From: an uncultured cyanobacterium
GTDB taxonomy: Bacteria > Cyanobacteriota > Cyanobacteriia > Cyanobacteriales > CAWUOF01
Assembly (NCBI GenBank): GCA_963744145.1
Contig: CAVUSO010000001.1
Span: forward strand, 4,032,001-4,096,000
Length of the DNA: 64,000 nt
Reading direction: 5' to 3'
A program made the position numbers and the translations under genes. Shown here one piece after another: positions 52,474 through 63,794 of this stretch (within the stretch, counting starts at the first letter, position 1; each line of letters starts with the position of its first letter). The notes beneath the pieces are model-generated. The model was not told the DNA's origin. It made no database searches and saw nothing but the letters and a program-made list of their open reading frames with translations.

Positions 52474-54156
52474 ATGACCACTTTTAGCGTAGAGCGACTA
52501 TCTATAATTGAACTGGCAAGGCAAGGGAACTTTCGAGCGATCGCTGATTGGATTAATAGCTATCTACTCCCCCAGGGAATTGAAGTAAAAATAGAATCTC
52601 GGCGAGCTAAATGTCTAAAAATTACAGTAGAGTTTGAACGTATCCCCCCCCGTGAACATCTGGTGCGCTTTATCTGTCACTGTCTGTGGAAATTAAATTC
52701 AGACATGATCGAAGGTGCCAGAATTATTGGTCAACTGGCGGGTGAGTCGAAAATTGTCTGGGAACAGTCAGTCCGAATTCTCACTCCAGCTTATCGACAA
52801 AAACGTAGTCGGAGTCGGAGTCGCACTCACCATCTTCGGCAAAAATCGGAACTGCAATTTAGGATTATCCGTTCTCTGTTAGTTAGCGGTGTCGCGATCG
52901 CCGCATTTATATTTGGCTGTTGGTTTAGTTACACAGAAATTCAGCGATCGCGCAGTCGGAAAGCCACTGTTTCCCTCAACCACCCGCAATTTGTTTCTCC
53001 CACATCTCATTTTTCGGCCAAAATTACCCCACCCTTAGCTGCTAATCGTCCCAAAACCGTCCAAGCAGCATTAGAAACTGTTCCAGTGGTGAGTCAACCA
53101 GTGCTTAATCCCAAAGATCCCTCAGTCACCATGATGTTTGGTGGAGATGTTTCTTTGGCTTATGCTTTTGAAGATGCTCTGGTTAAAGATTATAGTAAAG
53201 CTTTTTCCCAGATGGAAGAATACCGCAATGCTGATGTCGCGATGGTGAATTTGGAACATCCACTCACTAAAGCTACTACCATGCAGCCTAATCAAGAATT
53301 TAATTTTAAAGCACCACCAGAATCAGTCAAAATCTTAAAAGAAGGTGGTGTGGGGATGGTTACCCTGGCTAATAACCATATGATGGACTATGAAGTACCA
53401 GGACTTGATGAAACGATCAAAACTCTAGAACAAGCAGGAATTCACCATATTGGTGCAGGTCGTGATCAGAAAGAAACCGAACGTCCAGAAATTCTTGAGG
53501 TTAAAGGTCAAAGGATCGCTTATTTAGGTTATTACTGTGCGGATATCCAAGCCGCAGATCAGCAAACAACGGGTACTAATTATGGCTATAATGAGCGCAT
53601 TGAAGCCGATATTAAAGCCCTTCGCAATCAAGTTGATTGGATTGTGGTCAATTTCCATTGGGGTAATGACCTAGCGAACCATCCAGAACAATGGCAAATT
53701 GATCTAGCTCGTTTTGCAGTTGATCAAGGAGCAGATGTAGTGATTGGACATCATGCTCAGGTCTTACAAGGAGCAGAAATTTACAAAGGACGTCCGATCG
53801 CGTATTCTTTAGGGAATTTTATTTTTGGTGGTAAGTCTTACCAAAATTATGACACGGCAGTCTTGAAGGTAGCGGTAAAAGATCAGCAGATGAAAGTTGA
53901 ATTTATCCCCGTGGAGGTGAGAAATAATCAGCCCAAAGTGATCACAGGCGATCGCGGTAATGCCATACTGAAAAATATTGAACGAATGTCGAGTATGTTT
54001 GACGAACCAATGAAGTCTCCCATGATTATTGATGCGGTGACCAAGAAAGTTTTACCAACTGGTCAAGGTCTTAGTAATCCGGGGGTCTCTCCCAAAGTCA
54101 ATAACATTAGTGGACCGTTTAATCCCCATCCATTTATTGCTACTCCCTCACCATAA
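52474..54156 (+). CDS. CapA/PgsA family metallophosphoesterase
   Basis: GGDV, VNLE, LANNHMMDY, FHWG, GHHAQV, YSLGNFIF. Confidence 0.9.
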   Translation: MTTFSVERLSIIELARQGNFRAIADWINSYLLPQGIEVKIESRRAKCLKITVEFERIPPREHLVRFICHCLWKLNSDMIEGARIIGQLAGESKIVWEQSVRILTPAYRQKRSRSRSRTHHLRQKSELQFRIIRSLLVSGVAIAAFIFGCWFSYTEIQRSRSRKATVSLNHPQFVSPTSHFSAKITPPLAANRPKTVQAALETVPVVSQPVLNPKDPSVTMMFGGDVSLAYAFEDALVKDYSKAFSQMEEYRNADVAMVNLEHPLTKATTMQPNQEFNFKAPPESVKILKEGGVGMVTLANNHMMDYEVPGLDETIKTLEQAGIHHIGAGRDQKETERPEILEVKGQRIAYLGYYCADIQAADQQTTGTNYGYNERIEADIKALRNQVDWIVVNFHWGNDLANHPEQWQIDLARFAVDQGADVVIGHHAQVLQGAEIYKGRPIAYSLGNFIFGGKSYQNYDTAVLKVAVKDQQMKVEFIPVEVRNNQPKVITGDRGNAILKNIERMSSMFDEPMKSPMIIDAVTKKVLPTGQGLSNPGVSPKVNNISGPFNPHPFIATPSP

Positions 54157-54193
54157 ACAGCTAATCTTTTAAAACTTTACCCCCCGAAAAACT

Positions 54194-55063
54194 ATGTTTG
54201 CGATCGCTGTCGAAAATAAACAATACCAAACCTATATTCTTTCCGACCAAACCGCTAATTCTCAAGTCGAAGTAGTACCAGAACGAGGAGGGATTGTCAC
54301 TAGCTGGAAAGTTGCAGGTAAAGAGATCTTCTATCTCGATACAGAACGATTTACTCATCCAGATTTAAGTGTCCGGGGCGGAATTCCGATTTTATTTCCA
54401 ATCTGTGGCAATTTAATTGATAATATTTACAGTCACAATGGTCAAACATACAACTTAAAACAACACGGTTTTGCTCGCGATTTACCTTGGCAAGTTAGTC
54501 ATCAAAGTACGACAAATGGTGCTAGTATTACCGTGGTTTTAACTAGCAATGATCAAACTCGTGTAGGTTATCCCTTTGATTTTGAAGTCGCTTTTACCTA
54601 TCAACTCCAAGGGAATACTTTAAAAATTAGTCAGAAATATAGCAATAAGTCTCAGGAAAAAATGCCTTTTTCTACAGGACTACATCCTTATTTTGCAGCA
54701 CCAGATAAAAGTCAACTCGAAATAAAGATTCCATCTCTTGAATACTGGGATCAAAAAAATTTAGTTACTGAGACTTTTGAGGGTAAGTTTGATTTTAATC
54801 TTGAGGAAATTGATGCTGCATTTAAAGATTTAACCGGTAGTGAAGCAACTGTAGCTGATCGGAGTCGGAAATTAAAATTAACCATGAGCTGGGATAAATC
54901 TTATTCTACTTTTGTGTTTTGGACGGTTAAGGGTAAAGATTTCTACTGTATCGAACCTTGGACTGCTGGTCGGAATGCTTTAAATACAAAAGAACGTTTA
55001 ATTTACCTTGAACCTGGAGCAGATCTAGAAACAGTGGTGCAATTAACAGTTAGTGAAATCTAA
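54194..55063 (+). CDS. aldose 1-epimerase family protein
   Basis: RGGIPILFP, QHGFAR, GLHPYF, CIEPW. Confidence 0.92.
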   Translation: MFAIAVENKQYQTYILSDQTANSQVEVVPERGGIVTSWKVAGKEIFYLDTERFTHPDLSVRGGIPILFPICGNLIDNIYSHNGQTYNLKQHGFARDLPWQVSHQSTTNGASITVVLTSNDQTRVGYPFDFEVAFTYQLQGNTLKISQKYSNKSQEKMPFSTGLHPYFAAPDKSQLEIKIPSLEYWDQKNLVTETFEGKFDFNLEEIDAAFKDLTGSEATVADRSRKLKLTMSWDKSYSTFVFWTVKGKDFYCIEPWTAGRNALNTKERLIYLEPGADLETVVQLTVSEI

Positions 55064-55247
55064 AGTTTAGCCAAATTTGGGCGATCGCGATTAAATCCCC
55101 ACGATAATTGATCGCTCAAGTTTTACCATGAGGGTCGTCGAAGGGATGATCACTGACAGATCAGTTGAATATAAACAAACTGGTTGGTCGCTGTCAGAAG
55201 AGAGAAAAAAGATCACATTCACGGATGGGTTTAAAGTGGGGTAATTT

Positions 55248-58065
55248 ATGAATCTTTTTAAAGCGAAAGATTTAGCCAATATTGGTGTGATTGTTTTTAG
55301 TAGCAATCTCATTATTGCCCCTCTAGGATGGGGACAAATCATTCCCGATCGTACTCTACCGAACAATACGATTGTCAATGTGAATAATAATATTAATTAT
55401 ATTTCCGCTGGAACCAGAGTCGGTGCTAATTTATTTCACAGTTTCCAAAACTTTTCGCTCCCGACGGGCAATGTGGCTGTTTTTGATAATCCAGTCGATA
55501 TTCAAAATATCATCAGCCGCGTTACTGGTAATAATATTTCTAATATAGATGGATTAATTAAAGCCAACGGTAATGCTAATTTATTTCTGATTAATCCGAA
55601 GGGGATTATCTTCGGACCAAACGCCCAGTTAGGAATTGGCGGTTCCTTGATTGGAACTACTGCGAATAGTATCAAATTTGCCGATGGGAGCGAATTTAGT
55701 GCAGTTAATCCTAATCCACCATCCCTATTAGCAATTAATGTACCCGTAGGATTACAATTTGGCACCAATCCTCAAAGTATTACGAATCAATCTCAAGTCA
55801 CCAGTTTATTACCACTACCATCTGTAGATCCGAGTATTCCCTTACCCAAAAATGTCGGGTTAGAAGTGATTCCTGGTCAAACTTTAGCGCTCATCGGTGG
55901 GGATATTATTTTAAACAATGGTAATTTGACGGTATCATCAGGAGAAATACATCTAGGTAGTGTGGCTAATGCCGGATTAGTCAACTTGCAAACCACTCCA
56001 GTCGGCCTAAGTTTTGATTATAGCAACATTCTCAATTTTGGGAATATAACAGCTAATAATTCCACTATCAATACTAGCGGAATCGGAGGAGGAAAAGTAG
56101 ATATAAAGGGGGGAAATATTCTCCTAAATGGGAGTAAAATATATGCGTTAAATCTAGGAAATGCCGATGGTAGAGGTATCGATATTAACGGTAACAATTT
56201 TCAGGCAGAAGCAGGAACACAAATACATAGTTTAACCCTGGGAGCAGGACAGGGAGGTGATATCAATATCAGCACTAATAACGCAGTAGAATTGAGTGGA
56301 ATTGGAGCTAATAAATATCAACAAACCCTGGCTACTTATCTATTAGAAGGAATTGCTAATCCTTTTGACTCAACATTTGTTGTATTTAGTGGGACTACTG
56401 GCAGTGGACATGCAGGAGAAATTAAGATTGATACTGGGAATTTACTTGTAAAAAATGGCGGTGGTATATCTAGCTCGACTGGGCGGAGCAGGAAATTCTG
56501 GAAATATCACTATTCAGGCTAAAATTGCTACTCTGGATGGTTCTTTCATTCAGAGTGGTACTGATCAGCTTAGTACGGCAACTACAGCGGGAAATATTAC
56601 GTTTGAAGTAGAAAAATTAATCCTACAAAATAACGCATTTGTCGCTAGCACTACCTTTAGTAATACGACATCAGGTAAGATTAATATCCAAGCTTCCGAA
56701 TCCGTAGAAATTCGAGGTTTTACTGATGGAAGTTTTGTGCAAACTTTTATTGCTAATACTAGCCTGGGGGTAGGGGGAAAAGCTGATGATATTAATATCA
56801 ATACTAAGCAATTAACTATCTCTGATGGTGGTACGATTGAGTCTGGAAGTGGTTATGTTTTAGATCAACAAATAATCGGTCAAAAAGCTGGACCCGGAGG
56901 GAATATAATCATCAATGCGACTAAGTCTATAGATATCATAGGCAATTCCGGACTTTTAGTAGATGGTACTCGCCGATATAGTAGTATTAATGCGGAAACA
57001 AATAGCCAAAACTCCGGAGGTGATATCCGGATTTTCACACCTGTACTAACTCTGCAAAATGGAGGAGGGATTTCTACTTCATCTTTAGGCTCAGGAGATG
57101 CAGGAAATATTTTTATCAATGCACAACAGCTCAAACTTATAGCTACGACAGATCCGCATCAATTTAACAGTCAAATTTCAGCTAGTAATGGGATTTTGGA
57201 TAACCAAATTAATCTCAACGCTACAGGAAATGCAGGTTCCTTGAATTTAACTGTTAATCAATTGTTACTCCAGGATGGGACAAGTCTGAATGTGCAAACA
57301 TTAGGAACAGGAAAAGCTGGTAATATTAATGTTGTTGGTAATTTAACTTCCCTGGATAATCAAAGCAGTATTAATGCAGATACAGCCTCTGGATTAGGCG
57401 GTAGTATTAATCTCCAAATCCAGAATTTACAACTGCGTCATAATAGTCGAATTAACACTGATGCCGGTGCTGCTAATGGGGGTAATATTACCATCCAAAC
57501 TAATAATTTAGTCGCTTTAGAAAATAGTGATATTACGGCGAATGCTCAAATCGGTTTTGGTGGGAGTATCAGCATCTATAGTCAAGGGATTTTTGGCACA
57601 GAATATCGACCATATTTAACTCCCCTTAGTGATATTACAGCCACTTCCAGTTTAGGCGCAAAATTTAGCGGTATCGTCACAATTAATACACCTGATATTA
57701 ATCCGGCTACTGGGTTAGATCATTTACCAGTAAATTTTGCTGATTTGAGTAATCAAATTAATAATACTTGTGCCCGAGTGAAAGATAATAATTTTATTCT
57801 CACAGGTAGAGGTGGGGAACCTTCAGCACCCTACGATTTATTATTTCATCGTTCAGTTCTGTCTGATTTAGGAACGAACGAAAAAATACATATACAATCT
57901 GGTAATATTAATAAAAATGCTCCGGAGATATTGACAAAAAAATCTGCTCCTATTGTGGAAGCAAATAGTTGGAGATTTAATCAAAATGGTCAGATACAAT
58001 TAGTAGCAAATTATCAAGAAAATATCCAAAACTTTTGGCATAGAACCTGTCAGCAATCTTGGTGA
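55248..58065 (+). pseudogene. filamentous haemagglutinin/TpsA-like exoprotein, frameshifted near 56478
   Basis: NLFHSFQNFS, NLFLINPKGIIFG TPS motif; C-terminal SDITA..G.V.INTP; ORFs 55248-56522 and 56455-58065 join as GGGISSST-LGGAGNSG. Confidence 0.85.
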
Positions 58066-58237
58066 TTTGGTCTGTGCTTAGTGCTGATTGGGAGTTGGTT
58101 GGAGGAATGGCGATCGCATCAACCAATTTTGAGGGACATAGATTATTGGTGTCTCTTTTTGATTGGTTAGTGAAGGCGCGATCGCATTATCAGTCCCAGC
58201 CAAGTTTTGAGCTAAACTAGTGCAGTTAAATCTTGTC

Positions 58238-60301
58238 TTACAACCCAAATACCGATGTAATTAATGGGAGTAATTCTTGACAAGCTTTAGCAGAGGCTGC
58301 AATAACGGGCAGTCCCGTAACTATGCCTTTGAGCATGGTGATTGCTGTATCGGCCAAGTCTTTTTTATCTTCATCCTTCGGATTTTGACCAGCTTCAGCT
58401 AGGGCTTGTACTTGTTTTAATGCTTTGGTCTTGTCCTTGTCTGATAAATGAGTGTCAGATGCGATCGCTGATTGTAATTGTTTCAATAACTCTGCCAGTT
58501 TAGGAGCTTCTAGAGCTTCAGACTTGGCAAGTTGACTAATAGTAGCGGTTACAGTCCCACTAATATCATCTTCAGCTACAGCAGTTATGTTTTGACTAGC
58601 AACGCCGCCCAGATCACCATCAATGCTTTGTAAAATATTTATATAAGAATCAGACGTTTTATGTTTCGGATCTATCAATCCACTAAGTAACCTAATAATT
58701 GGCTCTCTTTCTGTCAGTAATTTTCTAATATTTTCTAATGTTAAAGATTGAAAGTAAACTAAACTCTCTGAATATTTAGCATTTAATACTGCGTGATCAG
58801 ATTCGCGGGTAGTTTCAGCACGGAGTAATATTTTATCTTTATCTTTACCTTTTCTTTCAAATGAAACTAATTCAATATTTGCCTCTGGATTATTTTCAAC
58901 TAGCTGCTCAAAAGCTAGGACTATTAATCCAAGGTCAGTCGATTTCTTATGATAAAGATTAAGTGGATGTTTCATCGGAGCGATAAAATCAGCGAAGTCT
59001 CCCTTTTTAAAATAGTCATTCCGGTTAGCAGGTTGGCGACAGGGGTTGCAATCCCGAGTTTCTTCAGGCGGTAAAGCGATACAGCTAGGACGCTTATCAG
59101 GAGGCAAGCACATAAACACAAAATTACATTTTACATCATTCAATATTGTTTTAGAAGTAATATTCCATCCTTCAATATAAGCACCTGTTAAATTTGCACC
59201 TGTTAAATCTGTTCGGTCTAGTAAAGTATATACTAATTTACTATTAGAAAGATTAGCATTTTGTAAGCAAGCTTCTTGTAGATTTGTTTCAATAAAACTG
59301 GTTTCAATTAAATTAGCTTCTTTTAAATAGACTCCTTTTAAATTCTGGCGATCAAAGTTCTTATTCTGTCCCTGTCCTGTTTGAACTAGCTCTTGTATTT
59401 GTCTGGTTTTCAAATAGGTATCGCCCGGACGAGCTAAATCTAGTTGTTTAGTTTTTCTAAAGCAAGTCCGAATTAAAGTAGCTTTTCGGAAATCTGTATT
59501 TTTAAGCGTAGTATTGGTAAAATCAGCATCAGTTAGAGTTGCATTGTAAAAAGTAGTTCCGCCTGTAGCAGCAAAAGCAACTGCAATTGTGCGAATCCAG
59601 ATATATTTAGAATCTCCATTAATAGTACACCTGCTGATATAAGTGTAAAATAATATTAATAGAATAGAGGCGACGATAATAACGACGTTTGGTTCATCTC
59701 CAATGAATGCCATACTGATCGCGACGGCGAGGGCGACGGCGAGGACAAATGCACCACCGATGGCTCCAACTAGGACAAAAACTACAGTAACAGTTCCAGG
59801 GAAGACAGCAAGGGTAAGGGCAACAACAGCTAGAGCAAGGGTGAAGGCAGGATTGAAAGCCCCAGCGATGCCAAAAGCAAAAGCCCCAGCGACAATAGCA
59901 GCCATCGCTGCATAAAACCCTCGGCAAATAAGCATAAAATTAAAACCAAAAATTACAAATACACCAGCCCATGCTTCAATAATTTCTTGATTGGCAAGAT
60001 TATCACTAAATCTAGGTATAGCGGAATAACTCAAAAGGGTGATCAGAAATCCTGAAAATACAGACAACAAAAAACAAATAATTAACAAACCAATTATCCA
60101 CTGGTTCTGTAATCCAGCTTTAGCTCCTACAAACTTAGTTCTGGTAAGATTAGCGCGACTAAAGTTAGTTCCTCTAATATCAGCTTTAGAGAAATCTGCA
60201 TCTGATAAGTCTTTACCTTTAAAAGATAAACCTCGGAGGTTTTCACCGCGAAAGTTCCTCCTGCCTTCTGTGTAAAGTTTTAGTAACTCTTGAGCTTTCA
60301 T
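58238..60301 (-). CDS. pentapeptide-repeat membrane protein
   Basis: A(D/N)LxxA repeats flanking a TM block; start MKAQELL at 60301. Confidence 0.9.
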   Translation of the reverse strand: MKAQELLKLYTEGRRNFRGENLRGLSFKGKDLSDADFSKADIRGTNFSRANLTRTKFVGAKAGLQNQWIIGLLIICFLLSVFSGFLITLLSYSAIPRFSDNLANQEIIEAWAGVFVIFGFNFMLICRGFYAAMAAIVAGAFAFGIAGAFNPAFTLALAVVALTLAVFPGTVTVVFVLVGAIGGAFVLAVALAVAISMAFIGDEPNVVIIVASILLILFYTYISRCTINGDSKYIWIRTIAVAFAATGGTTFYNATLTDADFTNTTLKNTDFRKATLIRTCFRKTKQLDLARPGDTYLKTRQIQELVQTGQGQNKNFDRQNLKGVYLKEANLIETSFIETNLQEACLQNANLSNSKLVYTLLDRTDLTGANLTGAYIEGWNITSKTILNDVKCNFVFMCLPPDKRPSCIALPPEETRDCNPCRQPANRNDYFKKGDFADFIAPMKHPLNLYHKKSTDLGLIVLAFEQLVENNPEANIELVSFERKGKDKDKILLRAETTRESDHAVLNAKYSESLVYFQSLTLENIRKLLTEREPIIRLLSGLIDPKHKTSDSYINILQSIDGDLGGVASQNITAVAEDDISGTVTATISQLAKSEALEAPKLAELLKQLQSAIASDTHLSDKDKTKALKQVQALAEAGQNPKDEDKKDLADTAITMLKGIVTGLPVIAASAKACQELLPLITSVFGL

Positions 60302-60648
60302 ATAAATGAGTAACCAGTTAGTATTTGCATCAAAATAACCCACAATTAACCAGATGTCAGTATTGCTGAAAACTTCAACATCATTAACTTTTGTTGCAAG
60401 CAGCTATTCCCCAATACCTGGTAACTGTAATGATTTCAGAGATTGAGAGCGATCGCCAATTAACCGAGTTGCTAGTCAGACCCACAGAAAAAATCCCCCT
60501 GGTGAGTGCAGCGGTGGTGACTGCTGCTTGGAAGTTGGTTGGGGAAATAGCGATCGCTACTATAGACCAAGCAAACCAGTTAGTCATGTGATCTAATTCT
60601 CTCAATCTACCTAAAAACCAACAAACTTATGAAAATGCAATTAATAAA

Positions 60649-60717
60649 TTTCCCTGTACCGATCTTCGTACCATTGATCAGTTATGGGTAAAATATAGTA
60701 ATGGTCAATTGTCTTAG
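60649..60717 (+). pseudogene. GUN4-domain gene fragment
   Basis: Manual translation FPCTDLRTIDQLWVKYSNG, then early TAG. Confidence 0.7.
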
Positions 60718-60780
60718 CGTAAATTATGCTGGTATCGCAGGCTCGTTTTTTAGGCTTTTAATCTGATATCCGAATGCGAA

Positions 60781-61030
60781 GTCAACTACCCACGCTAATC
60801 GGAGTACCGATATAGCGTAGGCTTGCAAAAGCCTAGTTGACCAGTCTCCGTGGTGCTGTTAGCAGTGCCACTACGTTTAAGGCAAGCGTTAAAGAACCTA
60901 CCAGCGGATGCGTAGCTAGTCTTCTGCTCTAGAACTTGAAGGTTAAACAGGCCCCAAGGTTAAGCCAGTGCTTTCAGGATAGTACCGACCTTAAACATTG
61001 ACGAAGCTAACATTACCCAGCAATGGAGTT
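60781..61030 (+). ncRNA. omegaRNA (HEARO-like) scaffold
   Basis: GTCAACTAC..TAGTTGAC first stem, CTACGTT, GGATGC..CTAGTC..GCTCT, AACATTGACGAAG motifs directly upstream of iscB. Confidence 0.88.
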
Positions 61031-61035
61031 TTCAA

Positions 61036-62349
61036 ATGTCAAATTTCGCATTTGTTTTGGATACGAATAAACGACCGCTAGATCCGGTTCATCCGGCTAA
61101 AGCACGTTTATTACTCAGTCAAGGAAAAGCGGCTGTATTCAGACGTTATCCCTTCACGATTATCTTGAAAGAGGTTTCCACTGAGGCCATTCAAGAATTA
61201 GAAATTAAGATCGATCCAGGCTCAAAAACTACTGGAATTGCGATTGTTCAAGGTGAGAAAGTAATTTTTGGTGCAGAACTAATTCATCGGGGACAAATGA
61301 TTAAGGCTAGTCTAGAATCTCGGCGTTCACTACGTCGAAATCGAAGAAATCGCCATACTCGTTACCGTCAAGCAAGGTTCTCAAATAGAACCCGTCCTAA
61401 AGGATGGCTAGCACCTAGTTTACAACACCGAGTTGAAACGACTGTACGGGCGTATTGCAATACGCCCCTACGGGTAAAAAAATTAATCAAATTAGCACCA
61501 ATTAGCTCAATTGCGATGGAGTTGGTAAAGTTTGATTTACAGCAAGAAGAAAATCCAGAAATAACAGGAATAGAGTACCAGCAAGGAGAGCTACGAGGCT
61601 ACGAAGTGCGCGAATACCTACTAGAAAAATGGGAGAGAAAATGCGCCTATTGTGGAGCAGAAAATCTGCAACTACAAGTAGAACATATTCAACCCAAGGC
61701 TAAGGGCGGTAGCGACCGAATCTCAAACCTTTGTTTAGCTTGCGAAAAATGTAATCAAAAGAAAGGTACTCAATCGATTGAGAAGTTTCTGGCCAAGAAA
61801 CCAGAAATTTTAAAACGCATATTAGCTCAAGCCAAACGGCCATTAAAAGATGCAACGGCAGTTAATTCAACTCGATGGGCATTGTTCAATAGGCTTAAAG
61901 AAACTGGATTACCTGTTGTGACTGGTTCTGGTGGATTAACAGTAGGGGCGTATTGCAATACGCCCGTACATCGGATTCGGTTAAATTTCTCAAAAGCGCA
62001 TTGGATTGACGCTGCTTGTGTAGGCAAGATTGAATCACTGAAGTTACTAACAGCTAAACCATTGTTGATTAAAGCCACTGGTCACGGAACTAGACAAATG
62101 TGCCGGACTAATGAGTTTGGATTTCCGACTAAATACATCCCTAGATTCAAATTTGTTAAAGGGTTTCAAACAGGCGATATCGTCAAAGCAATTGTCACCA
62201 AAGGGAAAAAAATCGGCAAATATGTCGGTCGGGTAGCAATTAGGACAAGAGGTTCATTCAACATTTCAGCTTCCAAATTAGTGACTGATATTAATCATAA
62301 ATACTGCCAGATCGTCCACCATAAGGATGGGTACAATTATGGGTTTTAA
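61036..62349 (+). CDS. iscB: RNA-guided endonuclease IscB
   Basis: PLMP-like RPLDP, RuvC-I IDPGSK, RRxRR helix, ELVKFD, CAYC..EHI..SNL..C..CN HNH, HWIDA. Confidence 0.95.
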   Translation: MSNFAFVLDTNKRPLDPVHPAKARLLLSQGKAAVFRRYPFTIILKEVSTEAIQELEIKIDPGSKTTGIAIVQGEKVIFGAELIHRGQMIKASLESRRSLRRNRRNRHTRYRQARFSNRTRPKGWLAPSLQHRVETTVRAYCNTPLRVKKLIKLAPISSIAMELVKFDLQQEENPEITGIEYQQGELRGYEVREYLLEKWERKCAYCGAENLQLQVEHIQPKAKGGSDRISNLCLACEKCNQKKGTQSIEKFLAKKPEILKRILAQAKRPLKDATAVNSTRWALFNRLKETGLPVVTGSGGLTVGAYCNTPVHRIRLNFSKAHWIDAACVGKIESLKLLTAKPLLIKATGHGTRQMCRTNEFGFPTKYIPRFKFVKGFQTGDIVKAIVTKGKKIGKYVGRVAIRTRGSFNISASKLVTDINHKYCQIVHHKDGYNYGF

Positions 62350-62511
62350 TTTACAAATTGTTCAATCGTCTCCCGCTCTTGTTTCGACTACGCTCAACAC
62401 AAGGTTTTTGCTATGCAAAAATTTGTTTAGGAGACGTTTCATAATTTGCCTTCCATTCCTCCCGACACCAAACTGGGTACAGTTATGGTGCGGGTCTCCT
62501 GGGAGGCTTTG

Positions 62512-62982
62512 ATGGTAAATTTAATCTGGCACGATCCGGCGATTATTCGCCATACCCAATATCTCTTGAACAGTTTTCGTGATTGGACTGGTCAAACCTT
62601 GCTGGAAGAAGGAACGCCCCAAGTTCAAGCCCAGCAGCTTTTTGAGTCCCCTTTCGTGATTGTGTCTCATGGTGTAGAAACCGACCCCATTTTTAACTAT
62701 GGTAATCAAACAGCCTTAGATCTTTGGGAAATGACCTGGGAACGTTTTACCTCTTTACCCTCCCGTCACAGCGTCGCTCCTGATGAGCAAACCGATCGGG
62801 AAAAACTCTTGGCTCAAGCCCGCTCCTTGGGCTACATTACTAACTACACTGGAATTCGCATCTCCGCTACGGGTCGTCGCTTTTACATTCAAAATGTAAT
62901 TCTCTATGATGTACTAGATGAAAATCAACATCGCATCGGGCAGGCTGCTACCTTTCCTACATGGAAGTTTTTGGAAGATTGA
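62512..62982 (+). CDS. MEKHLA domain protein
   Basis: VSHG.ETDPIFNYGN..AL.LWE, LPSR, Y.GIRIS.TGRRF, GQAATF; start ATG 62512. Confidence 0.9.
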   Translation: MVNLIWHDPAIIRHTQYLLNSFRDWTGQTLLEEGTPQVQAQQLFESPFVIVSHGVETDPIFNYGNQTALDLWEMTWERFTSLPSRHSVAPDEQTDREKLLAQARSLGYITNYTGIRISATGRRFYIQNVILYDVLDENQHRIGQAATFPTWKFLED

Positions 62983-63060
62983 AATCGCAAAAAGTGGATA
63001 ATATTTGATTGCTGCATTTGTTGAGTAATAAATGGCTCAGGGCGAGAAAATTATGAAAAT

Positions 63061-63495
63061 TTACTCAGGAACTTGGACAAGATGAATAATTGGAGTTCCT
63101 AAACGAGTAAAGTGATTAGGATTGAGTGTCAGGATAACAGCAACCTCTGCTTTCAGTGCAGATTGGGCGATTAAAGCATCAAAAATACCGCCACCTGGAA
63201 TATTTAAGGTTGCCATTTGAGCGATCACTAATTGATAATCATTGGCTAGCAGTGGAATGGCTTCAATGTACTGTAAAACATCTACAATAATACTATGAGC
63301 TTGTGGGGAGGAAATACGTGGTTGAATTGGTAAGCGTGTGATGACAGAATAGGTTTCTGCTAGAGTGTGAGTTGAAATAAATCCTTGAATTTGTTTAGAT
63401 TCTGCTGCTTGAAGCATTGGGAAACAAACAGAATGCTTTGGATGATTGACAATTAATGCAGACACCAAAACAGAAGTATCAAATAAGACTTTCAT
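63061..63495 (-). CDS. PIN-domain (VapC-like) toxin
   Basis: VLFDTSVLVSAL, LAETYS, IFDALIA, LTLN..HF. Confidence 0.9.
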   Translation of the reverse strand: MKVLFDTSVLVSALIVNHPKHSVCFPMLQAAESKQIQGFISTHTLAETYSVITRLPIQPRISSPQAHSIIVDVLQYIEAIPLLANDYQLVIAQMATLNIPGGGIFDALIAQSALKAEVAVILTLNPNHFTRLGTPIIHLVQVPE

Positions 63496-63794
63496 AAAGC
63501 CATTATATCTTGAATACGTTCTTCTCTTAAATCATCTATGAAAGTATTCAAATTAAAACTTTCTGGTAATTGTGCATCTAACACTAAAACACCTTCTTTT
63601 CGATAGATTTTTGCTTGGTTAGATGCCAGGATATGGTGTAATTCTGAGGTTTGTTCAGGGTATTTTTTAGCCGCTTTCTGACTCAATGCTTCAATTTTTT
63701 CGGCAACAGCTTGACTGATTAGCTGTTCTGGTGAGATTCCCTGAATGGTTGCCCATTTTTCGATATTTTTTTGTAGTTCAGGAGGAAATTTCAT
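63492..63794 (-). CDS. putative antitoxin
   Basis: RHH-like N-terminus, KEGVLV and acidic LREERI tail; stop overlaps toxin start (ATGA). Confidence 0.7.
   Translation of the reverse strand: MKFPPELQKNIEKWATIQGISPEQLISQAVAEKIEALSQKAAKKYPEQTSELHHILASNQAKIYRKEGVLVLDAQLPESFNLNTFIDDLREERIQDIMAL

Larger units (their letters stand above)
60781..62511 (+). mobile_element. non-autonomous IS200/IS605-superfamily IscB element
   Basis: omegaRNA plus iscB plus terminal hairpin CCTCCCG..CGGG..GGGAGG at ~62457-62506; no tnpA. Confidence 0.8.

Noticed and set aside
60384..60605. Short ORFs on both strands
   Set aside because: No recognisable motifs; the region looks like gene debris next to the GUN4 fragment
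62446..62511. N-terminal extension of the MEKHLA ORF
   Set aside because: Corresponds to the terminal hairpin of the IscB element; ATG 62512 is the more plausible start
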